Assembly: GCA_036149055.1 (NCBI GenBank)
Contig: JAYZQJ010000206.1
Coordinates: 1 to 38,760, forward strand
Direction: 5' to 3'
DNA from: Myxococcota bacterium
Lineage (GTDB): Bacteria; Myxococcota_A; Polyangia; Polyangiales; Sandaracinaceae
DNA length: 38,760 nt
The notes under the pieces were generated by a model. The model had not been told where the DNA came from. It was given only the letters and a program-made list of their open reading frames with translations, and did not search any database. Shown here one piece after another: positions 9,409 to 18,538 of this stretch; the first letter of the stretch is position 1; every line of letters begins with the position of its first letter. A program made the translations under genes and the position numbers.

Positions 9409-10152
9409 ATGCCGGTACGTCTCCACGTCAACGTCGACCACGTCGCGACCCTGCGCCAGGCGCGCGGCACCGCTTACCCGGACCCGGTCGAGGCCGCGGT
9501 GTTCTGCGAGCACGCGGGCGCCGACGGGATCACCGTGCACCTGCGCGAGGATCGGCGACACATCCAGGACCGCGACGTCCACCTGCTCCGGCAGCTCGTC
9601 AAGACGACGCTCAACCTCGAGATGGCGGCCACCGACGCGATGATCGGCTTCGCGCTCGACGTGAAGCCCGACCTGGTGACCCTCGTGCCGGAGAAGCGCG
9701 AGGAGCGCACCACCGAGGGCGGGCTCGACGTGGCCGGCCAGCGGGAGCGGCTCGCGGAGGTGAAGGCGCGCTTCGACGAGGCGTCGATCCCCCTGAGCCT
9801 CTTCATCGATCCGGACGAGGCCCAGATCCGCGCGGCGGTGGAGCTCGGCGTCGACTCGATCGAGCTGCACACCGGGGACTACTGCGAGGCGGAGGGCGAG
9901 GACGCGCTCGACCTCGAGCTGCAGCGCCTCATGGCCGCCGCCGCGCTGGCCGAGCAGCTCTCGCCGGATCTCACGGTGGCGGCCGGGCACGGGCTCACGA
10001 GCCGGAACCTCGTGGAGCTGGTGGCGAGCGTGCCGCAGCTCGAGGAGCTCAACATCGGGCACGCGCTCATCGCGGACGCGGTCTTCCTGAGCCTGAAGGG
10101 CGCGGTCGAGGCGTACCAGGAGGCGATCGAGCTCGGCGAGGCCGAGCGTTGA
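9409..10152 (+). CDS. pdxJ: Pyridoxine 5'-phosphate synthase
   Basis: [52 protein letters not shown] and ELNIGH. Confidence 0.97.
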   Translation: MPVRLHVNVDHVATLRQARGTAYPDPVEAAVFCEHAGADGITVHLREDRRHIQDRDVHLLRQLVKTTLNLEMAATDAMIGFALDVKPDLVTLVPEKREERTTEGGLDVAGQRERLAEVKARFDEASIPLSLFIDPDEAQIRAAVELGVDSIELHTGDYCEAEGEDALDLELQRLMAAAALAEQLSPDLTVAAGHGLTSRNLVELVASVPQLEELNIGHALIADAVFLSLKGAVEAYQEAIELGEAER

Positions 10153-11639
10153 AGCCGCTCCTGACGCGCGAGGCCGCGCGGCGCTTCGACCGGCGGATCA
10201 TCGACGCCGGCGTGCCGGGCCTCGTGCTGATGGAGAACGCGGGCCGCGGCGCGGCCGACCTCTTCCTGCGCCGGTTCGCGGGCCGGCTCGACCACGTGGT
10301 GGTCGTGGGCGGGACCGGCCAGAACGGGGGCGACGCGTGGGTGGTCGCGCGGCGGCTGCTGACCCACGGGGTGCGGCCGAAGGTGTTCCTCGCCGGCGCC
10401 CGGGAGAAGGTCTCGGGCGACGCGAAGGTGAACCTCGAGGCGCTCGACGCGCTCGACCTCGACGTGACCGAGCTCGGCGAGGGGGATCTCGCGCCGCTCG
10501 ACGGAGCGCTGGCCCACGCCACCGCCATCGTCGAGGGGCTCTTCGGGACCGGCCTCGACCGACCGATCGAGGGCTGGCGGCGGGCGCTGGTGGAGCGCCT
10601 CGACGGAGCGGCGGCCCCCCTCTTCGCGCTCGACCTGCCGAGCGGGATCGACGCCGACACCGGGGCGGTGCTCGGGGTGGCCCTGCACGCCGAGCTGACG
10701 GCGACCTTCGCCGCGCACAAGCGGGGGCTCTGGCAGACGCCGGGGCGCGGCCACGCCGGGGAGACGGTCTGCGTCGACATCGGCGTGCCGGGCCCGACCG
10801 GGCGCGACGGGCTGCTCGAGCTCGGCGACGCGGCGCGGCTCCTGTCCCGCCGGGCGCTGGCCGCGCACAAGGGCACCGCGGGGCACGTGGTCGTGGTCGC
10901 CGGCTCCCCGGGCAAGAGCGGCGCGGCGCTGCTCTCCGGGCACGGCGCGATGCGGGCCGGCGCCGGGCTGGTCACGCTGGCCCCCCGCGGCGAGGCCCGA
11001 GAGGCCCTCGAGCTGCGCGTGCACGAGCTGATGACGATGGCGATCCCGGACGCGCCGCTCGAGCTCGCCGAGGGCAAGGACGCGGCGGTGATCGGCCCCG
11101 GGCTCGGCCTCGACGACGAGGGCAAGGCGCTGGCGGTGGCGCTGGCCGAGGGCCTCGCGGTGCCGGCGGTGCTCGACGCCGACGCGCTGACCGCGCTGGC
11201 CGAGGCGGGCCCGGAGCGGCTGCACGACGCGCCCCCGCGCGTGCTCACCCCGCACCCCGGGGAGGCGGGCCGGCTCCTCGGCGTGACGAGCGCCGAGGTG
11301 CAGGCGGATCGGTTCGCGGCGGCCAAGAAGCTGGTGGAGCTCACCGGGCAGACCGTGGTGCTCAAGGGCGCGGGCACCGTGATCGCGCGGCCGGGGGAGC
11401 TGGCGGTCTGCCCGCTCGGCACGCCGGCCCTCGGGGTGGCCGGGACCGGAGACGTGCTCGCCGGCGCGATCGGGGCCGCGCTGGCCGGGGGCCTGGAGCC
11501 GTTCGACGCGGCGCGCGCGATGGTCCTGCTCCACGCCCGGGCGGGGGAGCGGGCGAGCCGTTCGGACCGGGGGCTCTTGGCCCGCGAGGTGGCCGACGCG
11601 CTGCCCGACGCGCTCGAAGAGGCGCGCCGCCGCTGCTGA
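10149..11639 (+). CDS. nnr: Bifunctional NAD(P)H-hydrate epimerase/dehydratase (YjeF/Nnr)
   Basis: LMENAG, GQNGGD, LFGTG, DLPSG, HKG..G, GAGLVT, GPGLG, VLDADAL, LTPHPGE, VLKG and [11 protein letters not shown] start overlaps the pdxJ stop (TTGA). Confidence 0.93.
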   Translation: MKPLLTREAARRFDRRIIDAGVPGLVLMENAGRGAADLFLRRFAGRLDHVVVVGGTGQNGGDAWVVARRLLTHGVRPKVFLAGAREKVSGDAKVNLEALDALDLDVTELGEGDLAPLDGALAHATAIVEGLFGTGLDRPIEGWRRALVERLDGAAAPLFALDLPSGIDADTGAVLGVALHAELTATFAAHKRGLWQTPGRGHAGETVCVDIGVPGPTGRDGLLELGDAARLLSRRALAAHKGTAGHVVVVAGSPGKSGAALLSGHGAMRAGAGLVTLAPRGEAREALELRVHELMTMAIPDAPLELAEGKDAAVIGPGLGLDDEGKALAVALAEGLAVPAVLDADALTALAEAGPERLHDAPPRVLTPHPGEAGRLLGVTSAEVQADRFAAAKKLVELTGQTVVLKGAGTVIARPGELAVCPLGTPALGVAGTGDVLAGAIGAALAGGLEPFDAARAMVLLHARAGERASRSDRGLLAREVADALPDALEEARRRC

Positions 11640-11747
11640 CAGCCTGACACGACACCGCGTCGCCCTGACGACAACCTGGCAGACGCCGCGTGTACATCCA
11701 GACGCGATCCGCCCCGAACCCCGCGGTTTTCGGGGGTGCGAGCGCCA

Positions 11748-11763
11748 TGGCCCGTGCGTTGCA
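11748..11763 (+). promoter_or_regulatory. sigma54 (-24/-12) promoter upstream of the ECF sigma gene
   Basis: TGGCCCGTGCGTTGCA matches TGGC(A)CG-N4-TTGC with correct GG-N10-GC spacing. It lies 25 nt before the ATG, which has SD GGAGG. Confidence 0.7.
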
Positions 11764-11788
11764 CAGCCTCCCGACGACTGGAGGTGCC

Positions 11789-12331
11789 ATGAGCCAGCAC
11801 GACCGCGCCGAGTTCGATCAGGAAGTCCTGAAGCACCGGGGGGAGCTCTTCGGCTCCGCGCTGCGCATGACGGGGAGCCGCGCCGAGGCCGAGGATCTCG
11901 TGCAGGAGGCCGTCCTCCGCGCGTGGACCTTCTGGCATCGGTTCCAGCCCGGCACGAACGGCCGCGCCTGGATGCACCGCATCCTCGTCAACACGTTCAT
12001 CAACGGCTACCGCCGCCGGCGCCGGGAGCGCGAGATCCTCAGCGAGATCAAGCTCGAGCGCCGCGAGCCGGTCGTCTCGGCGCCCCGCGCGGTGCCGGGG
12101 GAGGCGCTGGGCGACGAGGTCACCGCGGCCCTGGCCACGCTGCCGCACGAGTTCCGCGAGGTCCTGATCATCGTCGACCTCGGCGGTCAGTCCTACAAGG
12201 AGGCCGCGGCCCAGATCGGCTGCCCGATCGGCACGGTGATGAGCCGGCTCCACCGCGCGCGCCGCCAGATGAAGCGCGAGCTCTGCGACTACGCCGTCGC
12301 CGAGGGCTACGTCACCGCGCAGGCCGCGTGA
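11789..12331 (+). CDS. ECF sigma-70 factor (SigH/SigR-like)
   Basis: Region 2 AEDLVQEA...FQPGTNGRAWMHRILVNTFIN and region 4 SYKEAAAQIGCPIGTVMSRLHRAR. SD GGAGG. Confidence 0.92.
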   Translation: MSQHDRAEFDQEVLKHRGELFGSALRMTGSRAEAEDLVQEAVLRAWTFWHRFQPGTNGRAWMHRILVNTFINGYRRRRREREILSEIKLERREPVVSAPRAVPGEALGDEVTAALATLPHEFREVLIIVDLGGQSYKEAAAQIGCPIGTVMSRLHRARRQMKRELCDYAVAEGYVTAQAA

Positions 12332-12334
12332 CGA

Positions 12335-13144
12335 TCAGGGGCAAGGCCGATTGCGGGCGCCGGGCGTGCCGAGGAACGTGCCGCCCGCGCTCGAGTACAC
12401 GTCGGTCGAGTCGCACCAGCCGGCGCCGCCGAGCGCGGAGTTGTCACCGGACTCCGCGCCGCGCGAGCGCTGCCGGGAGGCGCCGGTGCGGTGGTCGGTC
12501 GAGCCCCACGCGACCCGGTCGATCTCGGCGCCCATGTAGCGGAGGATCAGCGAGTCGCTGCTGTTGTTGAGCACGACCCCGCTCGTCCCGCTGCCGTACG
12601 CGTAGTCCACCGGGAGCCCGTGGTGATCCATCGGGTCGTCGGACTGCGCGAAGACGAAGTAGCCGCCCGCGGTGAGGATGCCGCGCGTCACCTCGTGGGT
12701 GACCGGGGTGCCGCCGCCGGTCGGGCTCTCGACGACGAGCCCCGTCATGTCGATCGGGCACGCGCCGAGGTTGTGGACCTCGAACCACTCGCCGCGGTCG
12801 CCGCTCCCGCTCTGCGACGCGACCATCACCTCGACGATCGCCATGTTGGTCGGAGACGGCGGGCAGAACATGAACGTGCCGCTGTCCCGCACGACGCCCG
12901 AGTCGGGCGGGCCCGCGTCGCGTCCGGCGTCACGCCCGGCGTCGCGTCCGGCGTCGCGGGTGATCCCGGCGTCGAGGCGCCCGGCGTCGCGGATCACGCC
13001 CGAGTCCCGGATCACGCCCGAGTCCGGGCGCGACGCGTCGATCGGCGGGCCCGCGTCCCGGGTGGCCCCCGCGTCGGCGAAGCCCCCCTGGGCGCAGGCC
13101 CCCAGGCAGAACGCGAGGCCCAGGGCAGGCAGAGAGCGAAGCAT
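12335..13144 (-). CDS. Lipoprotein with DAG/DSG-repeat linker and lamin-tail (LTD) domain
   Basis: Lipobox LGAC, about 12 D(A/S)(G/S) repeats, IVEVM...GEWFEVHN...IDMTG, LNNSSDSL and GTPGARN. Confidence 0.8.
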   Translation of the reverse strand: MLRSLPALGLAFCLGACAQGGFADAGATRDAGPPIDASRPDSGVIRDSGVIRDAGRLDAGITRDAGRDAGRDAGRDAGPPDSGVVRDSGTFMFCPPSPTNMAIVEVMVASQSGSGDRGEWFEVHNLGACPIDMTGLVVESPTGGGTPVTHEVTRGILTAGGYFVFAQSDDPMDHHGLPVDYAYGSGTSGVVLNNSSDSLILRYMGAEIDRVAWGSTDHRTGASRQRSRGAESGDNSALGGAGWCDSTDVYSSAGGTFLGTPGARNRPCP

Positions 13145-13204
13145 CGCGCGCACGATACCATCGCTCGCCCCGCTCCCGACCGCTCGGCACTATCCTACGA
13201 GACC

Positions 13205-14158
13205 ATGACGGTTTGGGAGATCGAGAGCTGGCAGCTCACCCGGGCGGCGGAGGTGGTGGCCCGACACGCGCGCCGGACCCCGCTGGTCGCGGCGCCGTCC
13301 CTCGGGGAGGGCGTGCACCTCAAGCTCGAGAGCGAGCAGGACACCGGCTCGTTCAAGCTGCGGGGGGCGCTCGCCGCGCTCGACGCCCTCGACCCGGAGA
13401 CGCGCGCCCGCGGGGTAGTCACCGCGTCGGCCGGCAACCACGGCTACGGGATCGCCCGGGCCGGCAAGCTGCTCGGCGTGCCGGTCACCGTCTTCTGCGC
13501 CAGCGCCACCCCGGCGGTGAAGCGCGACGGCATCGCGCGCTACGGCGCCACCCTCGTGCTGGTCGACGGGCGCAGCTACGACGCGGTCGAGGCGCGCGCC
13601 AAGGCGGCGGCGGAGGAGGCCGGCAAGCGCTTCGTCAGCCCCTTCGACGATCCCTGGGTCGCCGCCGGCAACGGGGGCACGCTCGGCCTCGAGATCCTCG
13701 ACGCGCTGCCCGAGGCGCGCACCGTCGTGGCCCCGGTGGGCGGCGGCGGCCTCGTCGCCGGGCTCGCCGCGGCCCGGGCCCAGCGCGGCGCCACGTTCCG
13801 CCTGATCGGGGTCCAGAGCGAGGCCTGCCCGGCGATGGTCGAGAGCCTCGATCGCGGCGAGCCGCTCCTGGCCTACGAGGGCGCCGAGACCCTCGCCGAG
13901 GGGCTCGAGGGGGGCGTCTCCGCCGCGACCTACGCCATCGCCCGGGACGCGCTGCATCGCATGGAGGCGGTCCCGGAGGCGGACATCGCCGACGCGATGC
14001 GCTTCGCCAAGCGGGAGCTCGGGCTCTCGCTCGAGGGCAGCGCGGCGGTGACCCTCGCCTGGATCCGGGCTCAGGCCTCGCTCGAGACGCCGCTGGTGGC
14101 GGTGGTCAGCGGGGGGAACGTGGATCCGGCGCGGATCGAGGCGCTGATGCTTGCTTGA
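13205..14158 (+). CDS. PLP-dependent threonine/serine dehydratase family protein
   Basis: RTPL, LKLESEQDTGSFKLRGA (PLP lysine), ASAGNHG, PVGGGGL, EGSAA and SGGNVD. Confidence 0.9.
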   Translation: MTVWEIESWQLTRAAEVVARHARRTPLVAAPSLGEGVHLKLESEQDTGSFKLRGALAALDALDPETRARGVVTASAGNHGYGIARAGKLLGVPVTVFCASATPAVKRDGIARYGATLVLVDGRSYDAVEARAKAAAEEAGKRFVSPFDDPWVAAGNGGTLGLEILDALPEARTVVAPVGGGGLVAGLAAARAQRGATFRLIGVQSEACPAMVESLDRGEPLLAYEGAETLAEGLEGGVSAATYAIARDALHRMEAVPEADIADAMRFAKRELGLSLEGSAAVTLAWIRAQASLETPLVAVVSGGNVDPARIEALMLA

Positions 14159-14174
14159 TTTGAGGGGGGCGTTT

Positions 14175-14196
14175 TCGGGCAGGGGCACGGGCACGG
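14175..14196. repeat. GGGCA(C/G) hexamer tandem repeat between convergent genes
   Basis: TCGGGCAGGGGCACGGGCACGG. An identical 22-mer occurs inverted at 38316-38337. Confidence 0.7.
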
Positions 14197-14213
14197 CGCC
14201 GGCCTGCGGCCCG

Positions 14214-16262
14214 CTAGGGGGCAGGGATGGTCCCCGGGCCTCCGGTGACGAGGCTCTCGAAGAAGCCGAGGTACTGCGCCTCCGCGTCGGCGTTCTCGAA
14301 GATGGCGAAGTGGCCGTCGTCGGGGAACTGGAGCAGGCCCGCGGTGGCCGCGCCGCCGGCCACGTTGCCGGTCGCCGGGGCGTCGAGGGGCTCGATCCCG
14401 GCGAGGCGCAGGGAGACGAGCGCGCTCTCGACCGGCCGGATCTGCGGGACGCGCATCGCCCCCGCGAGCGCCTCGATGGACGTCGGCGGGCTGAAGGCGT
14501 CGCGCAGCCCCTCGGTCATCAGCACGCTCTTCGGCGCGAAGCCCTCGCGCGGCGCCTGGAAGACGAGGTGGGCGTAGTTGCTCGCGTCGCTCGGCTCGAG
14601 CCAGGTCTGGAGCAGGGTCGCGATCGGGTGCTCGACCGTGAAGCCCTCGAAGTGGAACGCCTCGCGGTAGTCCCGCCCCGGCAGGTTGAGCAGCGCGACG
14701 ACGATCTCGGGGATCACCAGGGGCTGCACCTTCTCGATGAGCGACGGGGTGATCACCGCCGACGCCGCGCTGAGCACGCCCGCGCTCGCGCCGTCGTCGA
14801 TGGCCATGAAGATCGGCCCGTTCAGGCCGCCCTGGGAGTGGCCCATGAACCAGGTCCGCGCCGGATCGAAGCGGACCGGCATCCCGTCGCGCTCCACCAG
14901 CTCCACGTCGAAGGTCAGGCCCTCGACCAGCCGGGCCTGCTGCACGACGTCGAGCGCGCTCTGGCGGTTGTTGTCGCGGGCGGCGAGCGGGTTCGGGATG
15001 TTGAAGAAGAGGATCGAAGGATCGACCTCGGTCGGGTTGCGGTCCCCGTGGTGGATCTGGTCGACGCCCATCGCCGCGATCCCGTGGCGGGCGAGCGCGG
15101 CCGCGGTGTCGTTCCGGACCACGGTGCGCGAGTCGCCGCCGGTCCCGTGGGCGTAGAGCACGATCGGGTAGCCCGTCTCGGGCATCGGGCTCGTCGGGAT
15201 GGTCAGCGTGAAGCGCGCGTCGTACTCGCCGTGCACGGTGGGCGCGCCCGACGCGTCGAGCGTGATGTCGCCGCCGTCCTCGACGGCGGAGTAGGGGATC
15301 TCGCCGGCCTGGAAGACCGGCACCGGCCCGTAGGTGCCGCTCACGAGCAGGTAGCGGGGCGCGAGGCTCTCGGCCTCGGCGGTGCGCACCGTCGGCGCGG
15401 GGTACTCGGCGTGCATCCAGTCGCGCACCGCGATCGTCTCGCCGATCGCGTCCTGGGTGGTGAAGACCGCCAGCGACAGGATGGTGTCGCGCGCGATCCC
15501 GGCTTCCTCGAGCGCGGTGAGCGCCGGCTCGTGCACCGCGGCCGCCTCGACCACCGCGGCGTCCCCCGAGCCCGCGAGCAGCGCCTCGAGGTCCGCGCTC
15601 CGGGCGAACGCCTCGCCGTCCGCGGCCCGCAGGTCGGTGGTGACCACCGCGGCGTAGGTGCGCGCGCTCGCGAGCGGCAGACCGTAGACGGGCCGGATGG
15701 CCAGCGTGTGCGCCGACCAGTAGCGGGTCGGGCAGTCCTGGTAATGGGCCACGATCGGGTGGCGCGCGCCCCGCTCGGGGCTGTCCGGGTCGACGTCGAC
15801 GAGGAACACCCGCGCGCTCGCCTCGAGGCTCTGGTCGGGCCGGGTCGGGAGCGCGCTCTCGTCGATCGGGCGCGAGAAACGGAAGTAGACGGCGCCGTTG
15901 GTGCCGAAGCCGTCGAGGCGCGCGGTCATCGCGTCCAGGTAGCGCTGCACGAACATGTTCCGCCGCGCGGGGAACGCGCTCATGTCCACCGTGCCCGCCT
16001 CGGTCCGGCGCAGATCGGTCGGCCAGGGGAGGTCGAAGAAGGCCTCGTCGTCGCCGCCGCGGGGCAGGGTGAAGACCGCCTCCACCGGCCCCGACGTGTC
16101 GGGCTCGCAGGTGATCGGGCCCGCGTCCGGCGGCGGCCCCGCGTCGCGCGCGGCGTCCTCGGGAGGCGGTCCGGCGTCGGCGTCGAGGGCGCCGTCGCAG
16201 GCGGGCAGGACGAGGAGCGCGATCAGCGCGGAGGCGCCGAGGAGGAGGCGAAGGAAGCGCAC
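14214..16262 (-). CDS. Secreted/lipoprotein alpha/beta-hydrolase (lipase/esterase-like) with N-terminal Ig-like region
   Basis: Signal peptide ending LPAC, DAG linker, FFDLPWPTD...LDGFG, YAHGTGG, nucleophile GHSQGG, and C-terminal Asp (DAFSP) and His (GHF). TATGCT lies 6 nt before GTG 16262. Confidence 0.8.
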   Translation of the reverse strand: MRFLRLLLGASALIALLVLPACDGALDADAGPPPEDAARDAGPPPDAGPITCEPDTSGPVEAVFTLPRGGDDEAFFDLPWPTDLRRTEAGTVDMSAFPARRNMFVQRYLDAMTARLDGFGTNGAVYFRFSRPIDESALPTRPDQSLEASARVFLVDVDPDSPERGARHPIVAHYQDCPTRYWSAHTLAIRPVYGLPLASARTYAAVVTTDLRAADGEAFARSADLEALLAGSGDAAVVEAAAVHEPALTALEEAGIARDTILSLAVFTTQDAIGETIAVRDWMHAEYPAPTVRTAEAESLAPRYLLVSGTYGPVPVFQAGEIPYSAVEDGGDITLDASGAPTVHGEYDARFTLTIPTSPMPETGYPIVLYAHGTGGDSRTVVRNDTAAALARHGIAAMGVDQIHHGDRNPTEVDPSILFFNIPNPLAARDNNRQSALDVVQQARLVEGLTFDVELVERDGMPVRFDPARTWFMGHSQGGLNGPIFMAIDDGASAGVLSAASAVITPSLIEKVQPLVIPEIVVALLNLPGRDYREAFHFEGFTVEHPIATLLQTWLEPSDASNYAHLVFQAPREGFAPKSVLMTEGLRDAFSPPTSIEALAGAMRVPQIRPVESALVSLRLAGIEPLDAPATGNVAGGAATAGLLQFPDDGHFAIFENADAEAQYLGFFESLVTGGPGTIPAP

Positions 16263-16363
16263 CGCGCGAGCATATCGCGCCGCGCCCGCGCGTGCTCGGT
16301 CGGGGCGATTCCGTGTGATTCCGCTCGGATATGTGGGGAATGTCGCCCAACCGCCCGGATGCA

Positions 16364-16393
16364 TTGACGATCAGGGCCCGCGATCCCCATACT
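16364..16393 (+). promoter_or_regulatory. Putative sigma70-family promoter for moeB
   Basis: TTGACG-N18-CATACT. The -10 context CCCCATACT also resembles sigma32-type -10 elements. Confidence 0.45.
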
Positions 16394-16423
16394 TCCAGCG
16401 CCCGATCGGGCGGGAGAGGACCC

Positions 16424-17587
16424 ATGAGCAAGACGTACTCCGACCTCCTCCAGGAGGTGAAGGGCGAGGTGAAGCAGGTCTCCCTCGACGACCTGAAGGC
16501 GCGCCTCGAGAAGCGCGAGGACCTCGTCCTCGTCGACGTCCGCGAGAAGGACGAGTACCGGCAGGGCTTCATCCCCGGCGCCGTGCACGTGCCGCGCGGC
16601 TTCCTGGAGATGCAGGCGGAGTCGAAGCTGCCCGACAAGGGCGCGAAGCTGGTCGTCTACTGCGCGGGCGGGATCCGCTCGGCCTTCGCGGCCAAGAGCC
16701 TGCAGGACCTCGGCTACGCCCACGTCGAGAGCGCCAACCCCGGCTTCGTGCGCTGGAAGGACTCCGGCTACCCGGTGGAGAAGCCGCCGGAGCTCACCCC
16801 GGCGCAGCTCGACCGCTACTCCCGCCACCTGCTGCTGCCCGAGGTCGGCGAGAAGGGGCAGGAGCGGCTGCTGAGCGCGCGCGTGCTGCTGCTCGGGGCG
16901 GGCGGGCTCGGCTCTCCGGCCGCCCTCTACCTGGCCGCGGCCGGGGTGGGCACCCTCGGCGTGATCGACAACGACGTCGTCGACGCGAGCAACCTCCAGC
17001 GCCAGGTCCTGCACGGCACCAGCACCGTCGGCGTGCCCAAGGTCGAGAGCGGCGCCGAGCGGCTGAAGGACCTCAACCCCGACGTGAACGTGATCCCCTT
17101 CGAGGAGCGGCTCACGAGCGAGAACGTCGACCGCATCTTCGATCAGGGCTGGGACGTCATCGTCGACGGGCTCGACAACTTCCCCACCCGCTACCTCGTG
17201 AACGACGCGAGCGTGTGGAAGGACATCCCGGTCGTGCACGGCAGCATCTTCCGCTTCGACGGACAGGTGACGACGTTCTGGCCGAAGCAGGGCCCCTGCT
17301 ACCGCTGCCTCTACCCGGAGCCGCCGCCCGCGCACCTCGCGCCGAGCTGCGCGGAGGCGGGCGTGCTCGGCATCCTCCCGGGCGTCATCGGGACCATCCA
17401 GGCGACCGAGGCGATCAAGATCATCCTCGGTCAGGGTGAGCCGCTTGTCGGCCGGCTGCTGACCTACGAGTCGCTGAAGATGCAGTTCCGCACGCTCAAG
17501 CTCCGCAAGGACCCGAGCTGCCCGGTCTGCGGCGACGCCCCGTCCATCACCGAGTACATCGACTACGACCAGTTCTGCGCGCGCTGA
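16424..17587 (+). CDS. moeB: ThiF/MoeB-family adenylyltransferase fused to N-terminal rhodanese (MoeZ-like, reversed order)
   Basis: Rhodanese VDVRE..EY..G.IPGA and YCAGGIRS, then [43 protein letters not shown] and CPVC. Confidence 0.92.
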   Translation: MSKTYSDLLQEVKGEVKQVSLDDLKARLEKREDLVLVDVREKDEYRQGFIPGAVHVPRGFLEMQAESKLPDKGAKLVVYCAGGIRSAFAAKSLQDLGYAHVESANPGFVRWKDSGYPVEKPPELTPAQLDRYSRHLLLPEVGEKGQERLLSARVLLLGAGGLGSPAALYLAAAGVGTLGVIDNDVVDASNLQRQVLHGTSTVGVPKVESGAERLKDLNPDVNVIPFEERLTSENVDRIFDQGWDVIVDGLDNFPTRYLVNDASVWKDIPVVHGSIFRFDGQVTTFWPKQGPCYRCLYPEPPPAHLAPSCAEAGVLGILPGVIGTIQATEAIKIILGQGEPLVGRLLTYESLKMQFRTLKLRKDPSCPVCGDAPSITEYIDYDQFCAR

Positions 17588-17646
17588 CGGAACTCCCCGG
17601 CGCGCCCGGTGTCCCCGGAGCGACCGAAGGGAGTACGCTCGCGCCC

Positions 17647-18495
17647 ATGACCCGACGCCTCGCCTGGATCGTCCTCGCCCTCGCGCTCGCAGCCTGCGAC
17701 GAGGAGCGGGGTCACAACGAGCAACGGCAGATCCTGCAGGAGGACGCGCCGCGCGCGCTGGCGGTGATCCGGCAGGATCTCGACGACGGGCTCGCCGGGG
17801 TGCGGGCCGCCGCCGAGCGCCTGGCGCCGGGCTTCGCGGTCGAGGATCCCGCGCGGCGCGAGGGCGACCTCCGGGCCGGCCTGCGCCTGGTGCAGCGCCC
17901 GACCCGGCAGCGCGTGCCGGAGCTGATGACGCTGCCGATCACCTTCCTCGCCGCGGTCGATCCCGACGGCACGGTGATCGCACGAGACGCCAACGAGGAC
18001 CGCATGCGCGGCTTCGACCTCGCCGGCGCCGCGCCGGTGGTGCGCCGGGCGCTCGACGGCTCGGCCGGCTACGCGCTGAGCAGCCTGCCCAGCCTGCTGG
18101 AGAACGACCCGCCGTCGGTGACCGTGATCTTCGCGGCCCCGGTGCGGCACGAGGGGCGGGTGGTCGGCGCGGTCGCCGGCGGGCTCCCGCTCTGGCGCAT
18201 CACCCAGCAGCTCAGCCGTCAGCTCCAGCTCGAGAACGCCGAGGAGACCCGCCAGGGCGAGATCGTGTGGGCGCTCCTGCTCGACGGCGACACCCAGCAC
18301 TACCACGCCGGCTTCCCGCCCGACCTCCGGGAGCTCATCCCCGATCCCGCCACCCGACGCGCCGGGCTCGAGCGCAGCGCCGGCGGCTTCACCGGCGAGG
18401 TCCAGCAGTACGGCCGCTGGTACGGCTTCGGAGTGATCCCGCTGCCCTCGGTGGGCGAGGACGTGACGCTGATCCTGTTCCGCAGCGATCCGTAG
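17647..18495 (+). CDS. Lipoprotein with Cache/PDC-like sensor domain, no TM output
   Basis: Lipobox LAAC, then [14 protein letters not shown]...VRRALDG...[15 protein letters not shown] (Cache-like pattern). Confidence 0.65.
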   Translation: MTRRLAWIVLALALAACDEERGHNEQRQILQEDAPRALAVIRQDLDDGLAGVRAAAERLAPGFAVEDPARREGDLRAGLRLVQRPTRQRVPELMTLPITFLAAVDPDGTVIARDANEDRMRGFDLAGAAPVVRRALDGSAGYALSSLPSLLENDPPSVTVIFAAPVRHEGRVVGAVAGGLPLWRITQQLSRQLQLENAEETRQGEIVWALLLDGDTQHYHAGFPPDLRELIPDPATRRAGLERSAGGFTGEVQQYGRWYGFGVIPLPSVGEDVTLILFRSDP

Positions 18496-18503
18496 GGAGG
18501 CGC

Positions 18504-18532
18504 TTGAAACCGGGGCCGGCCGTGGGCACAAC
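18504..18532 (+). promoter_or_regulatory. Putative sigma70 promoter directly before the oxoprolinase start (leaderless geometry)
   Basis: TTGAAA-N17-CACAAC, followed 6 nt later by GTG 18539. No SD. Confidence 0.4.
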
Positions 18533-18538
18533 CCCGCC

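Noticed and set aside
16281..16350. Possible riboswitch hairpin upstream of moeB (GGGCGATTCC...GGAATGTCGCCC)
   Set aside because: It lies upstream of the predicted promoter and shows no Moco, TPP or SAM aptamer consensus that I can recognise.
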